The notes under the pieces were generated by a model. It had not been told where the DNA came from. It saw only the letters and a program-made list of their open reading frames with translations, and did no database searches. Source: a virus (lineage: Duplodnaviria; Caudoviricetes). From it: a stretch of 64,000 bases of DNA. The position numbers and the translations under genes are program-made. The stretch lies in IMG/VR virus record IMGVR_UViG_2529292751_000006, positions 56,786-120,785 of that record. One strand, written 5' to 3'. Shown here piece after piece: positions 10,112 through 18,800 of this stretch. Within the stretch, counting starts at the first letter, position 1, and the number at the start of each line of letters is the position of its first letter.

Positions 10112-11458
10112 CTAAATAATTTTCCATATGCCATCTTTAAATGACTTCACTATGCTGCCGTCTTGCACTAATAAAAGACGAGTTGAGATGGTGAACGTAT
10201 TACTTACTGTATAATCTGATTTCCCTCCTTTATCATCACCAGCTCTCACACGAAACTGTGCTTTGTCTGTATCTAACTTTGGAAGAATAGCAGAGTAAGA
10301 ATTTGCTGTTACATTTGACGCTACTGGACTCCAAATAGAACCATTATATAATTCTATCTCATATGAAATTGTATCCCCATCTGGGTCAGTAGATTCATCC
10401 CATTGAATCTCCACTGTTTCGCCAGAAAAATTTACACTATTGGTAGAAGGATGTTTTTTAAAAGATAACGGGTTTGAAGGAATTTCATTAATTTCTAATG
10501 AATAATACCCTGCTATACTCGCTATATTATATTCGGGTTCACCAATACGAATAATATCCCCAGTTTTTATTTCAATAATAACTGCTTTCATACCACCGCC
10601 AGAAGGAGAATATGATTTAATAACATTGTTTACTGATAAGAAGGCTTCTATCCCTAAATATGCCGAAGAAGGTCTTCCTCCAAAAATAAACATGTAGCGG
10701 CCACTCGGGTGATTCCATACTTTCTCTATATAAGATCCAGTGCTATTCTTCATTCCATTAACAACTGTAGGGCTAGAAGTATCTCCATAAAATGTAATGC
10801 AAGATTGAGCCGAATCCCATTCCCCTAAAACTTGCTCATTTAATCCTGTATACTTTGACTTACCATTCATTACAAGGCATTGATTAAAAGTCGTAGACTT
10901 TTTCCAACCATCTGCGCTTAATTGAGTATCCGCATTTCCACTATAAGTTGGATAACTTAATCCGAATCTAATATCAGTTCCTTTGACAGTACCTAATGTA
11001 TAATCAAACTTCCACTCAGGAAACTGACCTGCAGATTTACCATACTTTCGACTAGCTGCTGCAATTATTAGATGCTCATTTGATAATCCATTAAATCGTT
11101 CCATACTTCCATGTGTGCCGTAATCAGTATTAGAAGTGTCTTGTGTTATAGTAGTGAGACTCAGTCTGTATGTTTTTCCTGAATACATTTTTACATCTTG
11201 AAAGTCTTTCCATATGTTAGAGCTAACAGTTTTACGATTGTTATCTGTAATTGCCTTATCTTCCATACTTGAAATATCATAAATAACTTGTCCCGTTGAC
11301 TCGTCACTAATTCTAAGGCGATAAATAATAGGGCCATCCCCACCGTTATACGTTTGAACATAGACCTTATTCATGATGATATTTATTTTAGGTGTCACCA
11401 ATACATCGTAAGCGGCACCCCAGTTACCTTCTGGTCTAGGTACTAATAATGAAGGCAT
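10112..11458 (-). CDS. Fibre/receptor-binding protein with an unrelated N-terminal head and the shared C-terminal FN3 module
   Basis: WDESTDPDGD FN3 plus LLVQDG..KSFKDGIW end shared with three downstream genes. Confidence 0.7.
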   Translation of the reverse strand: MPSLLVPRPEGNWGAAYDVLVTPKINIIMNKVYVQTYNGGDGPIIYRLRISDESTGQVIYDISSMEDKAITDNNRKTVSSNIWKDFQDVKMYSGKTYRLSLTTITQDTSNTDYGTHGSMERFNGLSNEHLIIAAASRKYGKSAGQFPEWKFDYTLGTVKGTDIRFGLSYPTYSGNADTQLSADGWKKSTTFNQCLVMNGKSKYTGLNEQVLGEWDSAQSCITFYGDTSSPTVVNGMKNSTGSYIEKVWNHPSGRYMFIFGGRPSSAYLGIEAFLSVNNVIKSYSPSGGGMKAVIIEIKTGDIIRIGEPEYNIASIAGYYSLEINEIPSNPLSFKKHPSTNSVNFSGETVEIQWDESTDPDGDTISYEIELYNGSIWSPVASNVTANSYSAILPKLDTDKAQFRVRAGDDKGGKSDYTVSNTFTISTRLLLVQDGSIVKSFKDGIWKII

Positions 11459-11477
11459 TTGTATTTTCTCCTTTCAT

Positions 11478-11509
11478 GAAGAAAAGCGACCATTCAAAGA
11501 ATGAATCGC
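11478..11509 (-). terminator. Intrinsic terminator-like hairpin upstream of the variable-head cassette
   Basis: GCGATTCATTC-TTT-GAATGGTCGC followed by TTTTCTT. Confidence 0.55.
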
Positions 11510-12559
11510 CTATACTACTTCTATTTTTGTAATGGATTTATATTTTGTTCGGTCAATTGGTATTTCAAATAACACTCCATCTGTGTAATTATCATTCTTA
11601 GTACCATCTATTTTATGAATGGCATTTACTTTTACGTCAGAGCCTACAGACGATAAAAATTCATTTAATACTAGTTTTGTTTCTGGATTTGCCTGGTCAA
11701 ATTCAAATACCTTCTTCTCTCCCATTTCCGTGCCGCCATCAATGATTGCACGGAACTTCAAGAATCTTTTCTGTGGAAGTTTACTTGAATTAAATAGTGT
11801 ATATGGACTAAATGTAATGCCATCATCTGATTCAGCGTATTCAACATCTACAGATCCTCCAAGCTTAAATGAAAGGTAGTTTGTATATCCAGATAAAGTT
11901 TGAAGTCCATAACGCTTATTCGAACCATTTTCCCAAGTGTTGATATAAAAAGGCATAGAGGTTGCTTTAGTGTCACTTGAATTTAATCCATATCCACTAA
12001 AATAGAATTCTATCTTATTTCTTTTAATGCGAATAGCAACAGGAAATCTGTTAGCTGAATTATTGTATTGTCCATAATATATCCAAATCAATGTAACATT
12101 TTCATCAGAATAATATCTGCTATCAAATATTTTAGTATCGGATCCATTAGAACCTTCAAAATCAAATGATATAACAGGATAAAAGCTGCCATTCACGTAA
12201 GAGCGAGAAAAACCAGAATCGTAAAAAGTATTACTAAAGCTAGTAATTTCTTTATTGAAAAATTGTATACTACCTTCTGTGCTGATACCAATCCATTTAG
12301 TAAAAGGAAAATCCTTTGAAACCAAAGGTGTATGCATAATTAAATTCCCAATACTATCGTCACCCCATGCTGTGCCAAATTTTGCATAAGCCGGGTTAGT
12401 TGTGGTACCAAACAAACCTAATGATATGTTTTCTTCATTAGCCCATTCAGCCATTTTATTATACGCAGATGTAGATTCTAAATCCGTACTTAATTCATAA
12501 GTGCCGCTCATGACTTTAGTACCTTTACTTGTCTCATATGAAAAAGGTATACTTACCAA
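11510..12559 (-). CDS. Putative fibre/structural protein
   Basis: 349 aa, beta-rich; ESDDGITFS motif; C-terminal ITKIEVV resembles IKKVEVK of the 282-aa protein. Confidence 0.6.
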   Translation of the reverse strand: MVSIPFSYETSKGTKVMSGTYELSTDLESTSAYNKMAEWANEENISLGLFGTTTNPAYAKFGTAWGDDSIGNLIMHTPLVSKDFPFTKWIGISTEGSIQFFNKEITSFSNTFYDSGFSRSYVNGSFYPVISFDFEGSNGSDTKIFDSRYYSDENVTLIWIYYGQYNNSANRFPVAIRIKRNKIEFYFSGYGLNSSDTKATSMPFYINTWENGSNKRYGLQTLSGYTNYLSFKLGGSVDVEYAESDDGITFSPYTLFNSSKLPQKRFLKFRAIIDGGTEMGEKKVFEFDQANPETKLVLNEFLSSVGSDVKVNAIHKIDGTKNDNYTDGVLFEIPIDRTKYKSITKIEVV

Positions 12560-12572
12560 ATGTCACACCTCC

Positions 12573-12914
12573 TTAATAATTCCTTTGAATTTTTACATCT
12601 AATATCTTTTGCATACCGCTTCCTAAGTCTACTACTTCGGACTCCCATACTCCTGAGCCTACAAATGCTTGTGGCCCAATTTGACGGAGTTGAATACCAT
12701 TATCTTTAAACTCTGCATCATTAAACTGACCTTTATTTAAATCTACTTCATATACTTCTTTTACTTGTAGGTTTGATGCTTGTGCTTCTATCCAATCTAA
12801 CCTTTCATCAACAGAGTTAAATCGACATTCCGCTCCCTCTCCTACCACCATCTCATTGAGCTGCTTAATATCCTGAAAGACTTTACTTGCTTTACTGAAA
12901 GAAATAATCTCCAT
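12573..12914 (-). CDS. Short fibre anchor protein
   Basis: N-terminus MEIISFSKA..F.SV.ERLD and GVWES..DLG shared with the 472-aa protein. Confidence 0.6.
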   Translation of the reverse strand: MEIISFSKASKVFQDIKQLNEMVVGEGAECRFNSVDERLDWIEAQASNLQVKEVYEVDLNKGQFNDAEFKDNGIQLRQIGPQAFVGSGVWESEVVDLGSGMQKILDVKIQRNY

Positions 12915-12925
12915 CTTATTCCCTC

Positions 12926-13702
12926 CTATAGTACAATCACTGTAATAGATGTACCAACAGATTCATTTTTACTTGTATCTACTGCTTTAAGTGTAAATAT
13001 ATGTTCTCCATTTGAAATACCGTTCAATACAATAGATGCACGTTTTGTAGAATCTATTGGAGTTTTAATATTATCAATATAAATATTAATCTTATCTAAG
13101 TCAGCATCTGTAGGGTTTACCCACTCCAGATTTACAACTCCTTGAGATGGAGAACTGCCAACTAGTCCTTTTATATCTGCAGGTGCCGTTACGTCCACTT
13201 CTGTTTGAGTTTTAATGCCTGTGATATTCCCTTTGGTATCATAAGAGTAAGTCTTCGTTACAGCGACCTTTTGCCCTTTATTATTTGCAAATGTTTGAAC
13301 TGATTTGCTTAATTCACCTGCCGCCAAGTTTCTGTAAGAATACTCTACTATCATTTCTTTATCGCCTGTTGTAGTGTGGCGAATGATATTTCCGTATTGC
13401 TCATCATACTCGAATTTTTCATCATAGTTCCCAGAGTCTGTAGTGCCTTTCAAGATTGCAGCTTCTAAATCTCGTTTCAAGTTTTCAATACGCTGGATTG
13501 TTAATATCCCACTGTTTTCATACCCACGGATTAAATCATCCACAACAGCTTTTGTATTATCATCAAATAAATCACTATTGATATGCGTAAATCGATCAAA
13601 CACAGTATCATAGACACCCATTAATTTAATAATGTCATCAATAATTTCTATTAAGCTATCTTCTAAATCATACTTTTGTATTTTTGTTGACGTTTTATTC
13701 AA
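12926..13702 (-). CDS. Virion protein with C-terminal FN3 domain
   Basis: VNLEWVNPTDADL..FTLKAVD..NES; two YD..GNI motifs; GGAGG RBS with TTG start. Confidence 0.65.
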   Translation of the reverse strand: MNKTSTKIQKYDLEDSLIEIIDDIIKLMGVYDTVFDRFTHINSDLFDDNTKAVVDDLIRGYENSGILTIQRIENLKRDLEAAILKGTTDSGNYDEKFEYDEQYGNIIRHTTTGDKEMIVEYSYRNLAAGELSKSVQTFANNKGQKVAVTKTYSYDTKGNITGIKTQTEVDVTAPADIKGLVGSSPSQGVVNLEWVNPTDADLDKINIYIDNIKTPIDSTKRASIVLNGISNGEHIFTLKAVDTSKNESVGTSITVIVL

Positions 13703-13734
13703 AATTTTTCCTCCTCATCTACTATAGAGTTCAT

Positions 13735-13763
13735 ATTTTATGATAGCATATGCATCTGTTCAA
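13735..13763 (-). promoter_or_regulatory. Putative sigma-A promoter for the fibre cassette
   Basis: TTGAAC-17 nt-TAAAAT in the intergenic gap. Confidence 0.5.
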
Positions 13764-13780
13764 GTCGTTTAAGGTTTAGT

Positions 13781-14650
13781 CTAAATAGCTTTTATGTTTT
13801 GAGGTATGATTCGTTCATCTTCTAGAATCTTATGATTTGTTAAAAGAACCGGCTCATTGTTTAGGTATAGTTTTAATATCTCGAAATCAACTATTTTGTC
13901 GTTTATATTCATGATTTCTTGCACTAAATCATTATATATAAAACTCTGCCCCATCTCGAATTTACCAAAGTGTTCTTGCAACTTATTTTGTGTTTCAAAA
14001 GATATATATGATTTTTGTTGAGCACTTGTCGATTCATGAAAAGCCAGTTGTGCTGTTATATCTATCGGAATTTCAATCGGCGTAATAATATTAGGACGAT
14101 TGCCAAACGCTTTTACTTTTAATATCTGTTCTTCTACATTATGAATCACTTCTTCTTTCTCATATCCATACTCAGGTATCACAATGAAACTAAAGCTTCC
14201 TGTTCCGTGAGTATATTCTTTACCTATTACATCTCTTACTCCATTTACTGTTAAACAAGCTAATCTTAATGCAGTATGGTTTGCAGTAGCTGATGCAGGG
14301 ACAATTTGTATTAATTCAGCACGATACATATCATCATCAATTAACTTCTCTGTTAACACTCCGTCTGACCCACGAACTTGATGAATTCTTCTTTTATAAC
14401 TGAATAATCCTCCAATTAAATCTAAATGCTCATTCACAGCTTTACTAATAACACCTTGATCTAATACATCTTGAGCAAAATCATATAGCGCTACTCTTTT
14501 GGGGTCGTCACCTGGTCCAATCTCCGGAGCAATCGCTTCTGTGATAGAACGTGCAATGCTTCCTGCTGAAAAATTTGTAATAGGTGTATTCTCAGATATA
14601 GAAACACAAGCATCTCTTATAATCTCTTGCGCACTACGTTTTAATAACAT
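13781..14650 (-). CDS. Baseplate wedge protein, gpJ/gp47-like
   Basis: ITNFSAGSIARSI, LDLIG, DD.YR, ACLTVNGV, GTGS; follows the gpW-like gene. Confidence 0.85.
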   Translation of the reverse strand: MLLKRSAQEIIRDACVSISENTPITNFSAGSIARSITEAIAPEIGPGDDPKRVALYDFAQDVLDQGVISKAVNEHLDLIGGLFSYKRRIHQVRGSDGVLTEKLIDDDMYRAELIQIVPASATANHTALRLACLTVNGVRDVIGKEYTHGTGSFSFIVIPEYGYEKEEVIHNVEEQILKVKAFGNRPNIITPIEIPIDITAQLAFHESTSAQQKSYISFETQNKLQEHFGKFEMGQSFIYNDLVQEIMNINDKIVDFEILKLYLNNEPVLLTNHKILEDERIIPQNIKAI

Positions 14651-14662
14651 AATGAAAACCTC

Positions 14663-15064
14663 CTATAATTCTAGTGGCTGCTTAACAACTACTTTTCCTT
14701 TTTTATCTGTGCTTAAAATGGCAAAGAACTCTATTGCTTCTATACTAGTAGGAACAGCTCTAACATCTATATCTGCAACCTGAAATCGACCATCGGCTGT
14801 TAATGTTTGATAAATTTGCTCCACACCTCTCAAGCCTGTTTCTCTAGTGTTTGGCTCTCCTTCTAGTAATTCTAAATCAGCACCTATCCATTTATGAGAT
14901 CGCCATTCTCCTTTTTGAGAATGCATTCGATTCGTAATGTCTTGTCTAGGAGATTCATATTGTTCTGTAAGTGCAAAATCACCCGACTCATCAACCATGT
15001 AATCTCCTTCGATTTCATTCTTAGTATCGTAAAAACGAATATCAGATTCATTATAATTTCTCAT
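14663..15064 (-). CDS. Baseplate wedge protein, gp25/gpW-like
   Basis: GDFAL..QDI..R....GEW..H..IGA.L...GEPN. Confidence 0.8.
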   Translation of the reverse strand: MRNYNESDIRFYDTKNEIEGDYMVDESGDFALTEQYESPRQDITNRMHSQKGEWRSHKWIGADLELLEGEPNTRETGLRGVEQIYQTLTADGRFQVADIDVRAVPTSIEAIEFFAILSTDKKGKVVVKQPLEL

Positions 15065-15066
15065 CT

Positions 15067-15423
15067 CTAATTCTCGCTTTCGATTTTATTGTTAGACTGT
15101 AATAAATCGTGTACGTCTTTCAGCTCATCTTTCAAATACGGGTTTGCTTTCATATCGGTATGCTTTTGAATGTTTTGTGTAAAAACATGCACACTTGGAG
15201 CAAACACCATAAGCGCTTGCTTTTTTCTACTAAAACGAAACCCTAATCCGTAATCAGCATACCCTTCTAAATCCCCATTTTCTCTAGCTAATAGACCAGC
15301 ACCACTAATAGAGTTAATTACACCCATATCATTTTCTTTTGCCTCTGTTGCTGTTTCCGTGAGAAAATCAATATCTTCTGTTGCTCTTAGATCTAAATCT
15401 GTTAGCTTTTGTTTCCAACTCAC
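15067..15423 (-). CDS. Hypothetical baseplate protein, possibly the spike C-terminal part
   Basis: 118 aa, overlaps the stop of the spike OB gene, short beta-strand pattern. Confidence 0.55.
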   Translation of the reverse strand: MSWKQKLTDLDLRATEDIDFLTETATEAKENDMGVINSISGAGLLARENGDLEGYADYGLGFRFSRKKQALMVFAPSVHVFTQNIQKHTDMKANPYLKDELKDVHDLLQSNNKIESEN

Positions 15424-15875
15424 ATTAAACCTCCTCCTGGTAATAAGTCATCAAAAAAGCCAGCAACACGTATTTTTAAATTGTTCCAAAATAGTTCTAA
15501 TTGGTCTGGCTCTCTATAATACGCTGTAGCTATTGGCATACTAGGATCACCATTAATAAATTGAATCCATACTCGGTCGTTCTTTACAAATCCTTTATCA
15601 ATAACCCCTTGTGAATAAACAAAACAAGGGACAGCACACAGGCGTTGAACCTTATTTCCCTGTAAGACATCTACATCTACTGTATGTCGCTCCCATATTT
15701 CTATTTTTCCACCTTTATGTCTACTGCAATTACAAATACCTCCTTCTGTTTTAGTGCCTGTATTAGGATGATAATCACTTACTTTCCCTATAAGACCATA
15801 AGAGCGTCGTTCTGACGCTCTATCTGCTCCTTCATCTTGTAAATCTTTTCTTATTTGGTTTGTTTCTACACCCAC
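15420..15875 (-). CDS. Baseplate spike gpV/gp5 OB-fold protein
   Basis: GKV..Y, TVDV, DRVWIQFINGDPSMPI. Confidence 0.7.
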   Translation of the reverse strand: MGVETNQIRKDLQDEGADRASERRSYGLIGKVSDYHPNTGTKTEGGICNCSRHKGGKIEIWERHTVDVDVLQGNKVQRLCAVPCFVYSQGVIDKGFVKNDRVWIQFINGDPSMPIATAYYREPDQLELFWNNLKIRVAGFFDDLLPGGGLM

Positions 15876-15890
15876 AAGAAATTCCCCCTT

Positions 15891-18800
15891 TTACTTTTTG
15901 CACAGTGGATATGAACAATGTAAATGATTCCAGTGTCCTTTCGGATCGTATTGCATTGCACTTTCTCCATATTTACCATTCATTTCTTGAATAATATCCC
16001 AATCACCAAACACTAATCCTCTAAATCCAGCCTTTAAGCAACACTCTGCAAGCTTTCTAGCCTTTTCTTTATCAGTTCCATTTGGAAACCTCATTTTCCC
16101 ATTAATAACTTTCATTGTGTTTGGCGTATCAAGATCAGCAGCCCAACCAGTGCCGTGCCATTGATTATCACCCGGTCGCCATCCACTTGTGATATTAAAG
16201 CTATCTCCAGTAGCAGCTTTGTATAATTTAGCAACTTCGATAAGCAATTCACCTGTTGCTTTACGAACTTTACTTGTACCACCACCGCCTACAATTGTTA
16301 AGCCAAAATTACGCCCAGATAAATTATGTAAGTCAATGACATCTGGAGCACCACCACTTCCTAAGTGATATTTACTCTTTCCTTCTTTCCCTGTAACTAA
16401 TGGACATGAACTTGCGCCACCAGATCCTTCACCAACAGCTCCACCACCTTTACATGCACCAGCAGGTAAATTGCCATCATAGTAACGTAAAACTCGTTCT
16501 ACGTATTTCGAATCACCATATCCTGGTGGAATTCTTGAGATTCTACCAACTTTTTTAACCATAGATTCTGAGAAGCTATAGGCTAATTCATACGTATATT
16601 TCCCACCTCGGCTTATACAGTAATCAATAAATCCGCCGCCAAAATTGTATGATTGTAGAACAAGCTTAATGTCGCCTTTTGCTCTAGCTAACTGATTCTT
16701 GAAATGCGTTACACCTTGCTTGATACTTGCATCTACATTTTTTATATATCCAATTGGTTTACCCATGGACTCAGAAGACTGCATAACGTCAGGAAGCTTA
16801 TGATAGTTTCCTCCTGATTCTTGCATTGTTAATGCTTTTAGTATTTCAGCGTATGATCCAATTCCTTGTACTTTTGCTTCAGCTTCAATTTTAGGGCCGA
16901 TTACATCAAAGTATTTCGAAAGACCTTTTGCTTTGCCATCTGTCGGCACATCCCCTTCAGGAATACAAGTACCATCATCTTTGTTGCCAAAGAAGGATGT
17001 AACTTTGTCCCACAGATCTTTAAACCAACCGGTAATTTTGTTTTTTATTTTATTCTTCCAATCTTCCCAAGTTGTTTTTTCTTCTTCATATGTTGCTTTG
17101 GTTTCTCTTTTCCCTAATAATTCTAATCTCTTATTGATTTGCTCTAAAGCTGCTTTACGATCTTTATCATAAAGCTCAGTAAGTTTTTCAAAAGCAGGTA
17201 CTTGTTTTCTAAATGTATTATAAAAGCTACTTGCCATTTTGTTTAGATCAATAGGCTGTTCTGTAGGGCCATCTGATTTCATGCCCATTTGATCTTGAAG
17301 GTCATCATTTCTAAATTGCCAAGCATCCACACCAATAAACCCTAGAAGGAATGCAGAAACATCATTTGTCATAAGCTGTTTCCAAATGTCAGGCGCATCT
17401 CCAATGACAGAACCCTTGTGTCCATTTATACCTGCTGTATACTCTAATCCGCTTTTATGCAGTGGGGATATTAAACATGCTTGTCTCATGAATAGCCATC
17501 TTTCAATAAATTCCCCTATTGTTGAAGAAATAATATGGACTCCTAATGCCTCTATAGCTAATCCTAACCAACCGACTGGGCCCGCCATTATGTGAGCACC
17601 TGTCCAAAGAGCAGTTACAACACCACGTCCACCCTTTAATACTTTACCTATAGACTTAGAACCTTTCGCAATCAGAGTGCTTCCTTTAGCTTTCATCTTT
17701 ACATTTTTAAAACTATTATAGCCAAACTCTTTAGAATTCTGGAATATATTCTTTAGATTGTTTGAACCTTCTTCTCCTGTTAACTTAGCAAGTTGTTCAA
17801 GCAATCCATTCTTAGACCACCTTGCAATATCTTTGGAAGATACACCACCTTTTCTTAACTCATCGGCGGCGGCTATTTCTTTTCCATTTGGAGCCTTACC
17901 ACCAGTTACTCGGTCTTGAAATTTTTGACCTAGTTTGCTCGTATTAAATCGCTCTTTCATCTTATCAAAACGATTTTTTGTAGAGGACCATAGAGCATTC
18001 ATAATTGGTAAATGTCCTGCGTATTTAGAAGTTCTTAGTTTTTTGCGTAATGTATGTGCAATCAATGCGCTTCCTGCCAGTGCTTGTGCGCTTGCAAGCA
18101 ATGTCATGGCACGGCGGTCTGTATTTACAACTACGACATCTGGCTTAATTAAAGTAATATAGCCTTGTTCATGATTCATAATTTGAGTCACTTCTTTTAT
18201 TTCTGCTGGTCCAGCCATAGAATTAAACTCATCGTTAATCCACATTTGATCAAATGGCTTTACAGACGGATCGCCCATAACAGTTAAATAACCATCATAC
18301 ATATCTTTTACATAATCTCTTAAACCTGCTGCTGTTATTTTTATAGCAACACCTTCATCGTAATACCACTTCGGAAGTTTATTTAACAATCCACCAATTA
18401 GAGGGATGTTTTGTACCATGCGAATACCTTGTGCATTCATTGTAGTATCAATGTTTACAACTCTTTGTTTTTCAGGCCAAATATTTGTATCTACAAATAC
18501 TGGAGAAGTAGTATCCATTTCCCCTTCATTCATATATACACCAACAGCTACGGTATACATATTGTCTTCAGTAGTTTCTATTGAATTATCAATAATACTT
18601 GTTGCACTATCATAAACATGAAATTGTCTAAATGGTTTTAAGGCAGTTCCTTTTACTTCCTCACCATCAACAGTATAATCATAATGCAATGGGAAGTATG
18701 GTTTTCCTGAAAATATAGTATTTCTAAAGCCAAATGGGTGAACCGCAACAATATGATCATCACCGACAGCTGCGCATATATTTAATACATCCCATACGGT

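Noticed and set aside
8885-10114. Genome-wide amber (TAG) recoding suggested by in-frame TAG junctions
   Set aside because: Standard code gives full-length giant ORFs, TAG ends several genes at homologous C-termini, and downstream genes have their own RBS
5826-11458. Diversity-generating retroelement or shufflon acting on the fibre cassette
   Set aside because: No reverse transcriptase or invertase in the window, no adenine-specific TR/VR pair noticed, all cassettes are co-oriented complete genes with their own RBS
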